Of a stretch of 64,000 nt of DNA, positions 1 through 13,196 are shown piece by piece. Numbering within the stretch: the first letter of the stretch is position 1; every line of letters starts with the position of its first letter. Below the pieces are notes generated by a model. It was not told the DNA's origin. It made no database searches and saw nothing but the letters and a program-made list of their open reading frames with translations. Where the stretch lies: positions 434,001-498,000 of the forward strand of contig ML978121.1 of NCBI GenBank assembly GCA_010015805.1, read 5' to 3'. The stretch is from Rhizodiscina lignyota. Its lineage: Eukaryota. Made by a program: the position numbers and the translations under genes.

Positions 1-1020
1 GTTGCGCTCCTGGCATTACGATAGGTACTGCAGCTTTTTGTGGGTAAATGAGCTTCCCCGAAGAGGCATGGGTTGACACTTGACCTTCCGAATCGCGGAA
101 AGTCACTTGGGACGCGTTCCTGGCGAAAGGATCACACAATCCAAGGCATGCAGGTTGCAGATTGCATATAGGTATTCATATCGAGGTGATGGTAAAGCCT
201 GTTCCTGTCAGCGCTATTCCCGCTTCTCCGCGAATTCGAATAGTACTACCACCGGATCCAGGATACCCAGGAAGCGTAGTATTAGAGTAAAGGTTTATCT
301 TGCAGTTTTCCACGCCTTGAAATGCTAACATAGTTCCTCAATTTTCCAATTGGAACCGTAATCTCACTATGATCGATCTTTGTGAGACAGGGCGCGCAGG
401 AGCGGTGGAACCATTGGAAAGAGTCATCTGGTCATCGACTACGCGTTAGTCGGGCTGTTTCTTTGAAATTCGCATTAGCAACGCTCAAAGCAGGCCCTTC
501 CCATGCCAGTGAACGATGCTGTTCGGATACACCGAGATTGGACAATCAAACTGAAGTTGAGAGTCGCGTCGTTCAAATTCAGCCGCGTCGCACAGCCCGG
601 GGAGAAGCAACGAAAACTGATATTGCTAAAGCGCTCTACTCTAACGGGGCCAGGGGATCATGATTTGCATTTATATATCACTTATCTTACAACTAACTTG
701 GAAAGTACTTGCCCTCAAGTAATATAGTACCAGACTTCAATCCATCGTCTTCTCGAAACTCAGACGCGATATCGGCATTACCATTGCGAGGACTCGCCGA
801 TCGCTGCGCCGTGGCGCGCTCGCGGGGATTCATGCCCTCTAACCACCTGCCTAAACGATCCGCGTGATAGGAAGACATGCGTACAGATCAATGACCGCAC
901 GAAATCGAATTCACTTATCCCCGATTGATAGAATGATATCAGTCTTCCTGGCTTGCCGGTCTACAAATCCACCGCGGTGCTCTTTCTGAGCTTTTGCCAG
1001 AGGCAACACTTCCCGTCACG

Positions 1021-3116
1021 ATGGAGAAGAGTCAAGAATTCACGCTCAATGAGCACCACCGTGTCTCTTACAGATCGCGTGTCGCCTCTTGGAATCTCCG
1101 CATCTATATTGAGGTTCTTTTACTTCTTTTTGCGGCTTATACCTTATTCCCTTTCCGCATTTTGAATCCGCAAGCCGTCTCGGACGAGCGATCAGAAGTT
1201 CCGAAAGACGCCAACTACGTGTGGCAGAAGGTATACATCAACCTCTTACATCGTTGATAATAGTGAAATTTATTGATTTCTAGGTTTCTCCCTCAAAACA
1301 AATCAAATTTCAGCAATGTTTCGGAATCTATCAGTGTGCCCGTTTGGAAGTGCCACTAGACTGGAGCAACAAGAGCGATCCACGAACGGCGGCCGTTGCT
1401 GTCATAAAGCGTCCAGCTAAAGTTCCTGTGACTGATCCTCGCTATGGAGGGCCGATTCTGATTAATCCTGGCGGACCTGGTGGCTCTGGTGTCAGTCTTG
1501 CATTGAAACAATCCGAGCATCTCCAAAATATTGTTGACTCTCCCCACGCACCTTGCTCCACTGCGTCGAACAATTCCGATCTGTATTTCGATATAATCGG
1601 ATTCGATCCTCGCGGCGTGAACAACACCACTCCGGCATTCACGTGCTTTCCGGATGACGCGAGCCAGCAGAATTTTGTCATTGCCGCCCAGGCTGCGGGG
1701 ATCATTACAGATGATGCCGCTTTCAGGACGACTTACAATCGTGTTATGAGTGTGTCAGGAACTTGCTCAAAGGTGATGGCTGAACGTGGAAGGTTCATGT
1801 CGACTCCATTTGTTGTTGAAGACATGATGGAAATCACCGAACGATTAGCGGAATGGAGAGAGAATAAAGCCAAATCATTGCTCAAAAAGGCTAACCAGCG
1901 TAAGAGCGCGGGAATCTTACATCGAACCAAATGGCGGAAGGGAGAAGAGCCGGTTCAGTATATTGGCTTTTCATATGGAACGGTTTTGGGATCCACACTC
2001 GCGTCGATGCATCCCAGACGTATGAAGCGCGTCGTAATCGACGGAGTGGTTGATGTGGACGACTACTACGCTGGCACGTGGCTGAGCAATCTTCAAGACA
2101 CGGATAAAATAATGACACGCTTCTTCGAGCTATGTCACGAGGCCGGTCCTCACAAATGTGCCATCTACTCCGCGACTGGCCCGCCAGGATCCCGAGCCAT
2201 ACTTGAGCAAGTTCTTGCATCTTTAAAATGGTCACCACTTGCGGTCATGGCACATGGCGGGTATGCACCGGACCTGATCACTTTTTCGGACTTGATGGAC
2301 TATATCCGGGAGGCTGTGTACAAGCCGCACGACTTTTTCAAGCCACTTGCTCAAGCAATCTTCGACGTCTCCGTTGGTAACGGATCGATCCTCGCAGAAC
2401 ACAAGCAGAGTGGCAGAAAGACGTTCTGCCCCACGTCGGAATGTAGAAATGACGGACCCTGGTCGGACGCATGCCACACCCCTGGTGCTGGTGACTTCAA
2501 GGGCGAAGTTAGTGCTGCTATCCACTGTACAGATGCTCCAGATTTTACAGGTAAAGGTGAAGAGTTCCACAAGGAGAAGTGGGAGACTCTTAGGAGACAG
2601 AGTTCAGCGCTTGGTAACTGGTGGGCGGAGATTACCATGTACTGCTCGAACTGGTGGATTAGATCGACTTGGCGCTTCGAGGGTGAAGACAAACAGAAAG
2701 TCGGGGGAAATACATCACACCCGATACTACTTGTGAGCAATACGTATGACCCTGTGACGCCGCTGAGAAAGTAAGTTCTATGCAAAAGCGAAATGTATTC
2801 CCATCTGATGCTAATTCTTTGTAGTGCTCATAAAATCTCCGGTCGATTCAATGGGTCGACTGTCCTGGAACAGCATACGGACGGTCACTGCGCAATTCCA
2901 GACGCATCGCTCTGCATTGCCAAGCACGTTCGTGAGTATTTCCAAACGGGAAAGCTACCGGAACCGGGCACAGTGTGCAAGCATGATTTCGGCCATTTTG
3001 ATGATCGCGAAGAACCGAATACCATGGCCTTGAATGCCGAGGACGCGGCACTACTTTGGACAACGTACCGCCTGAGATCGGTCCCTCGCGAGCGTGCCTA
3101 TACGCTCGGTATCTAG
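1021..3116 (+). CDS. TAP-like alpha/beta-hydrolase peptidase (S33-like) with N-terminal membrane anchor; 3 exons (1021-1230, 1284-2770, 2825-3116)
   Basis: Motifs NPGGPGGSG, GFDPRGV, nucleophile elbow GFSYG, YDPVTP and DGHC. GT-AG introns 1231-1283 and 2771-2824 join the ORF pieces in frame. Confidence 0.9.
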
Positions 3117-4204
3117 TCAGTGCAATCAAAGGGAATCTCCTGGGGGTTGGAGCCATGGGCGGTACAGGCAGGCAAAGCATAAACTGAGCAGACTGCCGCT
3201 GTTCACAAGTTCGGATGGCTGAGATGGAGTGGGGGCGCTCTACTCGCGCCTGTGGACGTTTCCCGTTATCACATTTGGAAAAGTCATGACTGAGTGTATT
3301 CATGAGAAATTGATCCATGTTCATCGATTCACATATCCGCGTATCCGCATGCCGTCGTGACTTCGTCATCCCGCCTCTCTTACTCACTCCAAAGCAAACC
3401 AACGCATCTTAAAAGAGTGTACAGGGAAGGTCAAAGTAAGGATCGATCGAATGTAAATCGAAAGGGCTAGCTATGGCATAGCCACGAGTAATGTCGTCGT
3501 TGAAGCTTTAGACGGGGCAGCTCTACGGTCTCATCAGTTTCAGCATCAGTTGAAGAGTTGCAGTCCACTTACACTGCCACAGGCCGAGCACGTCTTGGTC
3601 TCTCCCGGAATCGACGCGCCGCACTTTGGACAGTCGTTGCCGTGCATTTTGTCTGGTTTCTAGCTGCGAACTTGAGTATTGCTTTGAACGAGGCTGCTTT
3701 CGAGAGTTTTGGGTCGTCAGGCTGATGGAAGGCTGAGTTGGAGGAGGTTGGAGGAAGCTGTTGAGCAGAAGGCGGAGCTCCCTCCTCCTTGATAAGCGTC
3801 CACGCGGACAGTGCACGTGGGAGTTCCGGTCAAGTTTACGCGCCAATCGCAAACAAGGCTGGATGTTATTAACCTACAGATATGGCGATATCCGGTTTTC
3901 TATGTGTCTAATGGAAATAGAGTCAAATGATGAATCTTCTCCAAGTCCGCTGCCCGTCGACCGCAAGGTTTGAAGCCGGTAAAGTCGACGTGCACAATCC
4001 TTCAAGACAGCCGGAAATATCGCGCAAAGTACAAACAACGTTACGTATAGCTTTCCTCAACCTTTATTGCCTAGATGAAACTAGGCAACTGCAAATTCTT
4101 CGTACACTACGCATTCCGCTTTGGTAGTCTATGTGATTGGGACAGTATATATTTTCTCATTTGGACTCAGTACAGCCTGATCTATGTTCTCAATGTACGA
4201 CTTG

Positions 4205-6028
4205 TCAAGTGCAGTCCTCCTGCTTGATAAGTTTCGCAGCGACTTCAGCGACTGCGTATGTCGGAGCCTGCAAATGGCAAGTCGGCGGCGCTGGAATCGC
4301 ACTTGAATCGACCACGCGGATGCCTTCTAATCCTTTCAACCGGAACGATGAGTCAAGCGCCTTTCCCAATGACACGGTACCCCCAGGATGATGAAATGAG
4401 AATGCGCTCTGCTGCATTGCACGTTTGATTCCAGCATCGGTACTCACGTTACTGCCTGGATATAGCTCGCTGACCCGAACAGGAGCAATAGCATCGCCTC
4501 TGAATTTCGAGAGTAACCGTTTGTAAGCCCATAATTGAATGGCAAAGTCGGCTGACGAACCCCAATAGTTGGAGAAGATGAGCGGATCAGTACGATAGTT
4601 TGTAGAATTAAGGCGCACGTGGCCACGGGCTTCAGGTTGGACGAGAGCGACGAAGCCGGAGGCTGGATTCTTATTTGTTGGGTTAGGTACGAGCGGCGCT
4701 ACTGTGTACTGATAGAGGATATGCGGGCGGTCTTTTGGCAAACTGCGGTGAAAGGTTGCGTTTAATTCCCTGAGCACGTCGTCTGGGACGCGTTCGGCCG
4801 CGAAGGACGACGTTCCAGGTGTTGCAAGAGGACCACGTCCAAACTTGTGATATTCATCTTCGGCTGACGCAAATAGGGTGGCATTGCCCAGCGACACCGA
4901 AGTGAATACGTGCTCCGGGACTTCGACCATCACGACTGCGCTGTAGTGGTCCCACAGGTTTGATCCGACTTCGGGGCTATCTTTTATCACAGGAATACCC
5001 AAGTTATCCAGATGGCTTTTCGGACCGACACCGGATAGCATGAGCAGCTTGGGTGTGTTTATTGCACCTGCGCTGACGATGATCTCTTTCCCACTCACGA
5101 TATGTGTGGAGTTGTTGCTCTCATTAACCACTTCGACGGATACAGCTCTCTTTCCTTTGAAGTGGATCTTCTTGACCCATGAGCCGTGCTGAAGCTTCAC
5201 GTTCGGTCTACCGGCGGTCAGCCATCCGTATGCCGGCAGGGCATACTCCCTCGTTCCATTCGAAAGACGAATAGTATGAGGCCCGCCCAACATGGTACCA
5301 ATACCCGTGCCGTCGGTAAGGTCAGCCGACTCCACTGGATATTCTTTGTCGGCTAAGAAAGCGTCCACAAAATATGGCTCAAATCCAGATAAGTCACTTC
5401 CACGCTCGTACGTGACATCGAGGGTTCCGCCGCTGAAAGACGATGCATTGATGACCTGAGAGTAGTTATGTGGCCGTGGTATCTTCAGATTAGTGTTCGT
5501 TCGCAACACGTTGATGATACTGTTCCAGCGTAGTTCTGTGATTCCGGATAATTCGGCCCATTCGTCGTAGACAGATGCAGCTCCTCTGCAATATCCCATA
5601 TAATTGATCGCGGATCCACCTCCAAAGCAATGCTAGGCAATATGTATCAGCGTGTTAATCAACGTGTGAAATGGGAAGTTTCTTACTCCCTGTGCCAGAG
5701 CTGGCGCCACACCTCCAAGTGTAGCTTGCGGAGTTGATGTGAAGTTCCACGCGAACTGTGAAGCCCCAAGTCCACCGCCGAAGAACGGAGTGTCAATATT
5801 CACATCTCCAGTAGGGTCTGGGCCTGCTTCGAAGAGGCGTACTGTTGTTTTCGGGTTCTCCGAAAGCCGCGCTGCAAGAACAAGGCCAGCAACGCCACCT
5901 CCAACAATTACATAGTCATATTGCTCGCCATGGCTTATGTATTGAGGACTATCAGGAGGAACATGACGACGTGCATTGACACCCGTAGTGATGAGCGAAG
6001 CGAGCAGAAACGATGGAAGTATGAACAT
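4205..6028 (-). CDS. Secreted GMC (AA3-type) oxidoreductase; 2 exons, intron 5633-5686
   Basis: Hydrophobic signal peptide, FAD motif YDYVIVGGGVAG, GGGSAIN restored by splicing, LMLSGVGP, and C-terminal HHPGGT and LRVVDSS-like motifs. Confidence 0.92.
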
Positions 6029-7019
6029 CGTCAAATAAGAAAGAGTTCAAAGACGTCGAATGGCTTTCCACAACTCTCGAATAAATAATAGAAAATCAAG
6101 CATCGACGTTCTCATATACTTAACCCTACGAACGCTATCGGTGAAAAGCATGTCAGCGGAAGCATTCACGGACCAGTCTCCAACATGAGAGTAGGTAGAC
6201 TTTGAAGGGCAAGAGGGATTTGGCCATTGTCATGATTAACGAACTGGCGAATTATAGAAGCCTAGTTTACAGGTTAGAGTTGCCAGCGATGATAGAATTC
6301 CGTAAATGGAAAGTTTCTCGGCCGGATGACATCTCCAAATACTGTAAGTACTCTTAAGGTGAAGTTTTAATTAAGAACATCGCCACACATAACCTTAGGC
6401 CATAACAAGTAGCATTTTAAAATAAAAGGCATAAGCTAAATAGAATGGCTAGAAACTTCTCGTATGGCTGAGTTCTTGTATTCCCTTATTCACAAATATG
6501 ATTACGCTACGACTGGTCCCCTAAAGCCCTGATACTCCTTAGCCCACTCACGCTTTGATACGAGTCTGAGTATCCCTGTGGAGGCTATAGTAATCACTGT
6601 TCAGAGGATGGAGCGAGTCTAAGAATCCCTATCGAAGCTCAATCGCAAACATATACGACAAAGTCTTTAAGGGCGAGGCTGCAATCTCTTCCGATCGTGA
6701 ACAAAATGCCAGCCAGGTCAAATACGGCAAGACCGAATCGATGGAATCAACATCAAAACAACACCTGCAATACAGACTACACTTATATGCATGACCTAAG
6801 CTTGCACCTGCCGACCGCCTCGGCGCAAGGCCATGCAACCACCTCACAGGGGCAAGCCCTCCAAAGTGAATCAGTCATCCTACGCTCTCCGTTGTGGCTT
6901 CAACCTCCTCAGTAAGCCAGGAGACAGCTGATCCATGGAACACTCGGAACGAAGAATGTGACATGGCGGACTATACGTAGTCCTTATTAGATTATTTCTT
7001 CGAAGATAAGCATAGCAAA

Positions 7020-8856
7020 CTAGTCGATCTCTAACCACCAGTCTTCATAGCCATTATTCCGTAGTCTGCAGCGAACTTCTTTCAATTCCGCTTCTGAAAC
7101 TGTGGTTAGGGTTTTATTCTCTTCCTCTGGGAATGCTTCGCTAATTCCAACTCTACGGGAGCTTTCTGTCCACTCTGGAATCGTTGCTGGCCGAATTTGT
7201 TGGATTCGGGTGACCTTGTGACTCCATATATTGATCATGCAAAGGGAAGCTATGATGGATAGAATGAGTGCCGTAGGCAAAAGTAGTAGAAAGGACTTCG
7301 CTGTGTTCAATTTCGGAGTGCTGAAGTTCGAATGGACGATGACTCGGCCCTTATTCTTCTGCTTTGACATTGCAATAGCAACAGCTCCTGAAGTCACATT
7401 GACGAAGTTTTTGAGTGCTGACTGAGACCAGGAGTTTATACCCCAGCCATGGCCACCTGGGACATAAACCGTAGCGTAGGTTTGAGGCAGAATCGTGGAA
7501 TCCAGTCGGTTCTCTGACAGCCCTACTCCAAACATAGGACGTGCATCGTAGATCTTTACACCAAATGTAGTAACTGCACCACCCATCCACGTGGAAATGC
7601 TCGCTGGATAACCAACCGTTGCATTTGCTGATAGTTTGGTGACTTTTGGCCCACCGGAACCGTAAGTGTATCTGGCTTGCAATAGCTCCGTCATCACATC
7701 GCACTGAAGAGAGGTGATGTTGGAATCCGTGATGTTGAAATCCGAGAAATTGGCAACTTCTCCGCCTTCAATATAGCCATTGGTGGCCGTGAACATGAGA
7801 GTTGTGATGCTAGCCATCGGGGACACTAAGTAAGTAGAGTCAATCCAGCACGAAAGTCGCGGATCAGTCCGTATCAAGACTGATGTATTGCTATGCTCCG
7901 CGGCGACTTCAAGAATGCCTTGCTGGGATTGCGATATCGTGAGGGGTCGGGCGGAACAGATGATGCTCTTTTGTGCCTTCAATGCCGAGACGGTGAAGCC
8001 TTCAAGGCTTGATAGGTTGTACCGGTCAACAATAAACTCCCTCATATCTGGCAGCGGTTCGTTGTCTAGGGCTTTGGCCCAGGCAGTGTAAAATGCAAAA
8101 CCATTGATGGCTGGGTCGGCGAGTGGGTAATTTTGATTGGAAGGTGGGATACCGATACCAATTCCACCGCCTTCTTGATAGGCACTCTGGTAAGTCTTGG
8201 TGGCATTCTGTAACGAATAGACTTGACCAATGATGATGCGATCCACTTGACTTAGTACGGCGACAACGGCCAAAGACAAAAGAACCACAACGGCAAAGTG
8301 ATCCTTAACATGAAACAGTGCCTTGAGGAGTGATAGCAAAGAGCCGCGTGTTCCTTGTAAATACGTATCGATTACGGCCAAGGTGTAGGATTTGCGACTC
8401 AGGAGCGGCCACAAGGTAGGTTCCGCCAAGGCGGTCGCAACGAAGAAGAGGCAGGCAAGACCAAGTCCATGGACCAAACTGATGATACCTTGTATCATAG
8501 GGAGAGTAGACTGAGGGTCTTTATATCCGGGCGAAGAAACAACCTTGCAGTCCATGGCCCATGAAGGACATGAAAGAGTCTGCAAGCTGAGCCAATATGT
8601 GAAGCCAAAGCTCGCCAGAATCAAAGAAAGGCCACCGATGAGGGCGACAAAGACTGTTGGGTTTCCAACGACAAATCTCCATATCCCATGCGACTGGGCG
8701 CTGGGTGACTATGTATTTGTTAGCTGCGCTGCGCCGATGGGATAATACATTAAGGGATTGGACTATAGGTAGAGTAAGTACCTGTTGGGTCAACATGAAC
8801 TCGGAAGGCTCTGATCGATCCTGCGGCCGATTTGTTTGCTCTGTTGATGGTGGCAT
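7020..8856 (-). CDS. Uncharacterised fungal membrane protein (N-terminal TM helices, glycosylated luminal domain, C-terminal TM)
   Basis: 534-aa open frame extended by a 5' exon (MPPSTEQ...) through an intron at ~8709-8781 (GTACTT...GCTAAC...TAG). Hydrophobic stretches and many N-x-S/T sites. Confidence 0.7.
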
Positions 8857-9389
8857 ACTGGCCAATTAAGAGCAGATGCAGTCCGCAGCAGTAACTCAGT
8901 CGTTAAGCTGAAGACCTCCTCGAGATGGCCGGTAGGAGCTGTATAGGCTGGACGGGGCTAAAGTATTAATAAGATTGGGTGGTGGTCGCCGTCAGGCAGG
9001 GGTGGCTGCACGCTACTGGGCTGTGAGGCACCGCAGCTCCTCCCATCGAGAGGCGCAGTAAACTAGCTGGAGGGGAAGGCCTCGTCTTTACTAACATCCT
9101 GCAGACAGGCCCATTCTGATAAGAACCGTTCATTCTGCGAAAGATAGATAAAGCTCTGGGACACAAGAACCACTCTTCGCAATCAGGCGTTGACAGTTCA
9201 TGGTACTATCTCTCGAGTCGCATGTTCTACCTAACTAGGGTAACTTAATTGGAAAGCAAGGCTGGGGGATAAAGTAGGGGTAATAGTATGGCATTTCGCG
9301 AGGTGAGTGCGAGCATCCCTGCTGCTGACTCCGAGTTGCCGAGCCTGCTTTAATGTCAAGAACATCTCTTACATATCATACTAGTATTA

Positions 9390-9950
9390 GGAAATTATCT
9401 TCAGTTTTATTAGAGTCGGCCGTATATCGTTCCATTCCAGGATATCTCGCTCATCAGTTTCAGGGAGCTACCGAGCTTTAGCAAGAGTTCGAAGAGCTTC
9501 TTCGTCTCGGCCCTGTTGAGACGGCCATCGAGGAGAGTCAGGCGGCAAGAACACTCCAGAGACCATTATGATTGCTGGATTCATTTGGAGCAAAAAAACA
9601 AGCCGCAATGCCCACTGACTGGGAATGTGACGTGTGCAATATGTGATGTAAAAGGCGATAGTGATACCAGTAACGATGCAAAGTTCCCGGAGAACTAACA
9701 AGGTACCGCGGATCTCGAGAGGTGCAATTTCAGAGATGTACAGAGGAGCGACCATTGCGAGCCTGTCCCTAAAGGTTACTCGGAGACCCAGGGACTGAGG
9801 AAATGTACGATTTAAACTCACATTCCAATTCCTACGCCACCCACGAAGCAGGCCACCGTCAGCATCGCGAATGAGACCGATCCAGTCTGCAAGGCAGCAC
9901 CAATCAGGAAAATGATGCCTGTCGTGAAAATACTCCATTCTCGAGATCTG
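9390..9950 (-). pseudogene. Truncated MFS sugar-porter pseudogene
   Basis: GIIFLIGAALQTGS...GGVGIG, PLYISEIAPLEIRGTL and PDSPRW motifs. In-frame TAG at 9468-9470 with homology continuing (LPETDERD.LEW), an apparent frameshift near 9940, and no C-terminal half. Confidence 0.85.
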
Positions 9951-10240
9951 TAGTAATAGAAGCCTAGAAATTATCATTAGCTGTAGTCTAAGGGTCTCTT
10001 TAGAAGTTCAGCTATCGTGGTCACATTGCCGGCGGCAATATGACCCCGGGGCCGGCGACTTCACTTCTCTAATAGCCGGCCCTCCTCGGATGTTGTTGGA
10101 GTGGAGGCTGCGGAGTTCATAAGATTTTCGGAAGCTTTTGAAGGCTGGACAAACATGATTTGCCGTGTTGCCAGGTTGAATTTCTCTTCGCCAATAGCCT
10201 CGACGCCTTGGATAATCTCAACGCTCTCAACCACGAACCC

Positions 10241-11362
10241 ATGATGGCCACTAACTCGAACAAAACGATCCAGGCATTGCGCCTGTACGGCAGTAAGGAC
10301 CTTCGTCTTGACTGCATTCAAGCACAACCCTGTGGGGCAGACGAGATACGCGTGGCAATCGCCTATTGCGGAATATGTGGTACAGACCTCCACGAGTACA
10401 ACTATCCTGTCCTTTGTCCGAAGCCAGGTGAAGTGCACCCACTGACTGGAACTTCCCTGCCCGTAACCCTCGGCCACGAAATGTCAGGTACCATCACTGA
10501 ATTGGGCGGCGATGTCGAAGATCTTGCAGTGGGCGATGCGGTCACAGTCAACCCTGCCATTGTCGAAAGACACGTTGGTCTCCCACCATGCGAGGATTGC
10601 AGCGCTGGATTCCCAAATATTTGTCGTTCCCTTTCAAACTATGGCTTGGGAGGCTCCTGCGGCGGCTTTGCAGACGAAGTCGTCGTGAAATGGTACTCTG
10701 CACTAAAGCTTCCGCCAACAGTCTCCTTAAAGGTCGGAGCTTTGGTCGAGCCCTTAGCGGTCGCATGGCATTCGGCCAGAACAGCCAACTTTCAAGAAGG
10801 TCAGGATGCTCTAATTCTTGGTGCAGGACCCATTGGACTTGCGATCCTGCAAGTTCTGAAGGTCTTCGGGGCACGGCACGTCATCGTTAGTGATGTCCTA
10901 GATGTCCGAAAGAAACATGCGGCGGCATTTGGTGCCACGAAAGTGGTCGACCCGTTGCAAGATTCTGTAAAGGTAGTCGAAACGGTGCGCCAGGTGTGTG
11001 GCGACCGAGGAGTGGATGTTGCCTTCGACGCTTCCGGTCTCCAGACCACACTTGATACGGCGATTGCATGCGTTAAGCCCCGTGGGACCATTTTCAATGT
11101 GGCTATCCATGAAAAAGGACTTGTCGTCAACCCGACGCAACTGAGTCTCCAGGAAAAGGTGTTTCGAGGCGGGAATAGCTACACGAATGAGGATTTTGCA
11201 TCCGTCATTGCCGCCATCTCGGACGGTCGACTGGAAGCCGAGAGTATGGTGACCGCAGTAGTTCCCCTTGAAAATGTTGTGGAGAAGGGATTTATAGAGC
11301 TGCTGCACAAGAAGAGCAATCATGTTAAGATCTTAGTTCAGCCAATCCGACAAGTGAGTTAG
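10241..11362 (+). CDS. Zn-dependent medium-chain dehydrogenase (butanediol/polyol dehydrogenase-like)
   Basis: CGICGTD, GHE, structural-Zn cysteines (CEDC...C), LVEPLAVAWH, Rossmann GAGPIG. Intronless; first AUG at 10241. Confidence 0.92.
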   Translation: MMATNSNKTIQALRLYGSKDLRLDCIQAQPCGADEIRVAIAYCGICGTDLHEYNYPVLCPKPGEVHPLTGTSLPVTLGHEMSGTITELGGDVEDLAVGDAVTVNPAIVERHVGLPPCEDCSAGFPNICRSLSNYGLGGSCGGFADEVVVKWYSALKLPPTVSLKVGALVEPLAVAWHSARTANFQEGQDALILGAGPIGLAILQVLKVFGARHVIVSDVLDVRKKHAAAFGATKVVDPLQDSVKVVETVRQVCGDRGVDVAFDASGLQTTLDTAIACVKPRGTIFNVAIHEKGLVVNPTQLSLQEKVFRGGNSYTNEDFASVIAAISDGRLEAESMVTAVVPLENVVEKGFIELLHKKSNHVKILVQPIRQVS

Positions 11363-11779
11363 AGTATCTTGCTAATAAGCGGGCTTCTGTCCACTCGATG
11401 GTACAATACCCTGTGTGATATTTAATCAACGCATCGTTTTCGCATGATATAAGTCAACGAGTCCGCAAGGTGGCGAATAGGTGATGGAACTAGTTTCACC
11501 GGGCACTGCAAGCTGACGTAGAAGTGTTAAGAGGATTCTTCCAGAGCAACTAGAGTACGTGAGAATCTGGAGGCCTACTAGAGTCAGCGTCTTGCCACTA
11601 TCTAGAAATGACAACATATTTTCCACGACCAGATGCTCAAATTATATTAAGAAGAAACTCAATGGGTTAAGAGCAGAACCATGAGTATTCTGCCCTGCCC
11701 GGACTACTCACCCTGAGTGTCACGTGGTGGCCAGGCTTCTCCGCATTGCACTATTCCCAACGGCGTAAGGGTACTTCAG

Positions 11780-12350
11780 GTCATCGGGCCGCGGCTACTT
11801 AGGAACTCAGGTCTGCATAAAGCCAGCCCCTTTTCTGTTTCCTATCGCCACATGGCACTTTCGAAGCTGGTGATCCTGCGGTAGTCCATATACACTACGT
11901 CCGGCGAGATTAGCATCACGATGTCTCCTCGATTGCTCGCTGGGACAGCTTGTCAGCACTGCCACGATCGCCTCACTGGTTCCCAGAAGCAAACTGATCA
12001 GCATGCCTCACGAGATCTTTACCGGATTGTTTGTGGCAGAAGCTGTCACATATGCAAGAGCTCGGGATCCAGATTCGGCCACAGCTGAGTTAGCCCTTGC
12101 GCAAATCCAAAGCTGTCAGTTGCTCTTTCATGAAGTCCGCGAGTTTTTGCGATCCGGCTACTCGGGTAATGGAATTATTCGACGGCCTGTTGAAGAAGAA
12201 GACTCCCGAAACCATAGGACAACAGGCGCCGCTGCAAGAATTGGACGACGTAATGGATTTCGAATGTTGGACGATTGGGGCATAATATTTTTGGGAGAGT
12301 ATAATGCATTTCCACAGATGTTCCCAGAGATGATCGACGGAGGTGATTGA
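11780..12350 (+). pseudogene. Possible degenerate fungal transcription-factor remnant
   Basis: Broken '...E L / G L H K' motif near 11800 resembling the fungal_trans xxLGLH signature, plus a 115-aa helical ORF (12003-12350). Frames are interrupted. Confidence 0.25.
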
Positions 12351-12675
12351 GAATCTATAAACTGGCCGCTACCCATCGACTTCCTTGGGGCCACTGAACG
12401 CTGCTGCCACAGCCAAATAATCAAAACTGACGTCTAATAGCTCAATGACGTTACCCCAAAGGTCTGCCATATAAAGGCACTTTAGACCAGACCGCAAAGA
12501 GTCCACTATAGTGCCAATTCGGCAGCCACCAGTCTGTACCAGAGATGCGCTTGACGTGTCGGGATCAGGATCGGTGACACAGATATGAAAGAACCTGGAC
12601 CTGTTGAAAGCTGGTGGAAGCTCTCTTCCACGCTCTCCGGGTATATGCCGAAGCTTGCTGCGTCTGGCTCTTCAC

Positions 12676-13028
12676 CAGGGTGTCCAATAATCCTCTGGGA
12701 TTATGGATTATCATAATCTTAATAATCAAGATTATCATAATCTGATTATAATCCGATTATAATCCTAGTACCTAAGCCTAGGGGGGTAGCATCTAAACCT
12801 AGAGGGGCTTAGGTCCCGAAAGCTAGGTGCTCTAGGGGTGTGCACAGATTATTATTTTTAAAATTTAGAGTATAGTAATTAAAAGTTACAGCTACCTAGC
12901 TTTAGGTACCTAACCCTTCTAGGGCTAGGTACATCCAGATTATAAGAGGATTATATAATCTCATAATTAGGATTATCATAATCTAACCTAATCCATAATC
13001 GTTCATAATCTGATTATTGGACACCCTG
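12676..13028. mobile_element. hAT-type MITE (353 bp), fold-back, RIP-like TpA-rich interior
   Basis: Perfect 17-bp TIR CAGGGTGTCCAATAATC at both ends. 8-bp TSD CTCTTCAC at 12668-12675 and 13029-13036. Subterminal GATTAT/ATAATC arrays. Confidence 0.93.
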
Positions 13029-13196
13029 CTCTTCACTGCGTTTGATATGCTGAAGGGCTTCAATGCGCTTGGGACCCAACATCTTCGTATGCCAATCTGT
13101 GACTTCGACAGTGTTGCACACTGAGACAACTACGTGGTTGATCACATGATTATGGTGCTACAGCGGTTAGCACAAATTAGAATTCCAGCGGCCCGG

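Noticed and set aside
80..880. Short ORFs and an intron-like signal at the window start
   Set aside because: No coherent frame or recognisable domain.
3120..4200. Short ORFs between the peptidase and the GMC gene
   Set aside because: No motif support; at most an unrecognisable remnant.
12690..12770. CRISPR-like short repeats
   Set aside because: Eukaryotic DNA; these are MITE subterminal motifs without unique spacers.
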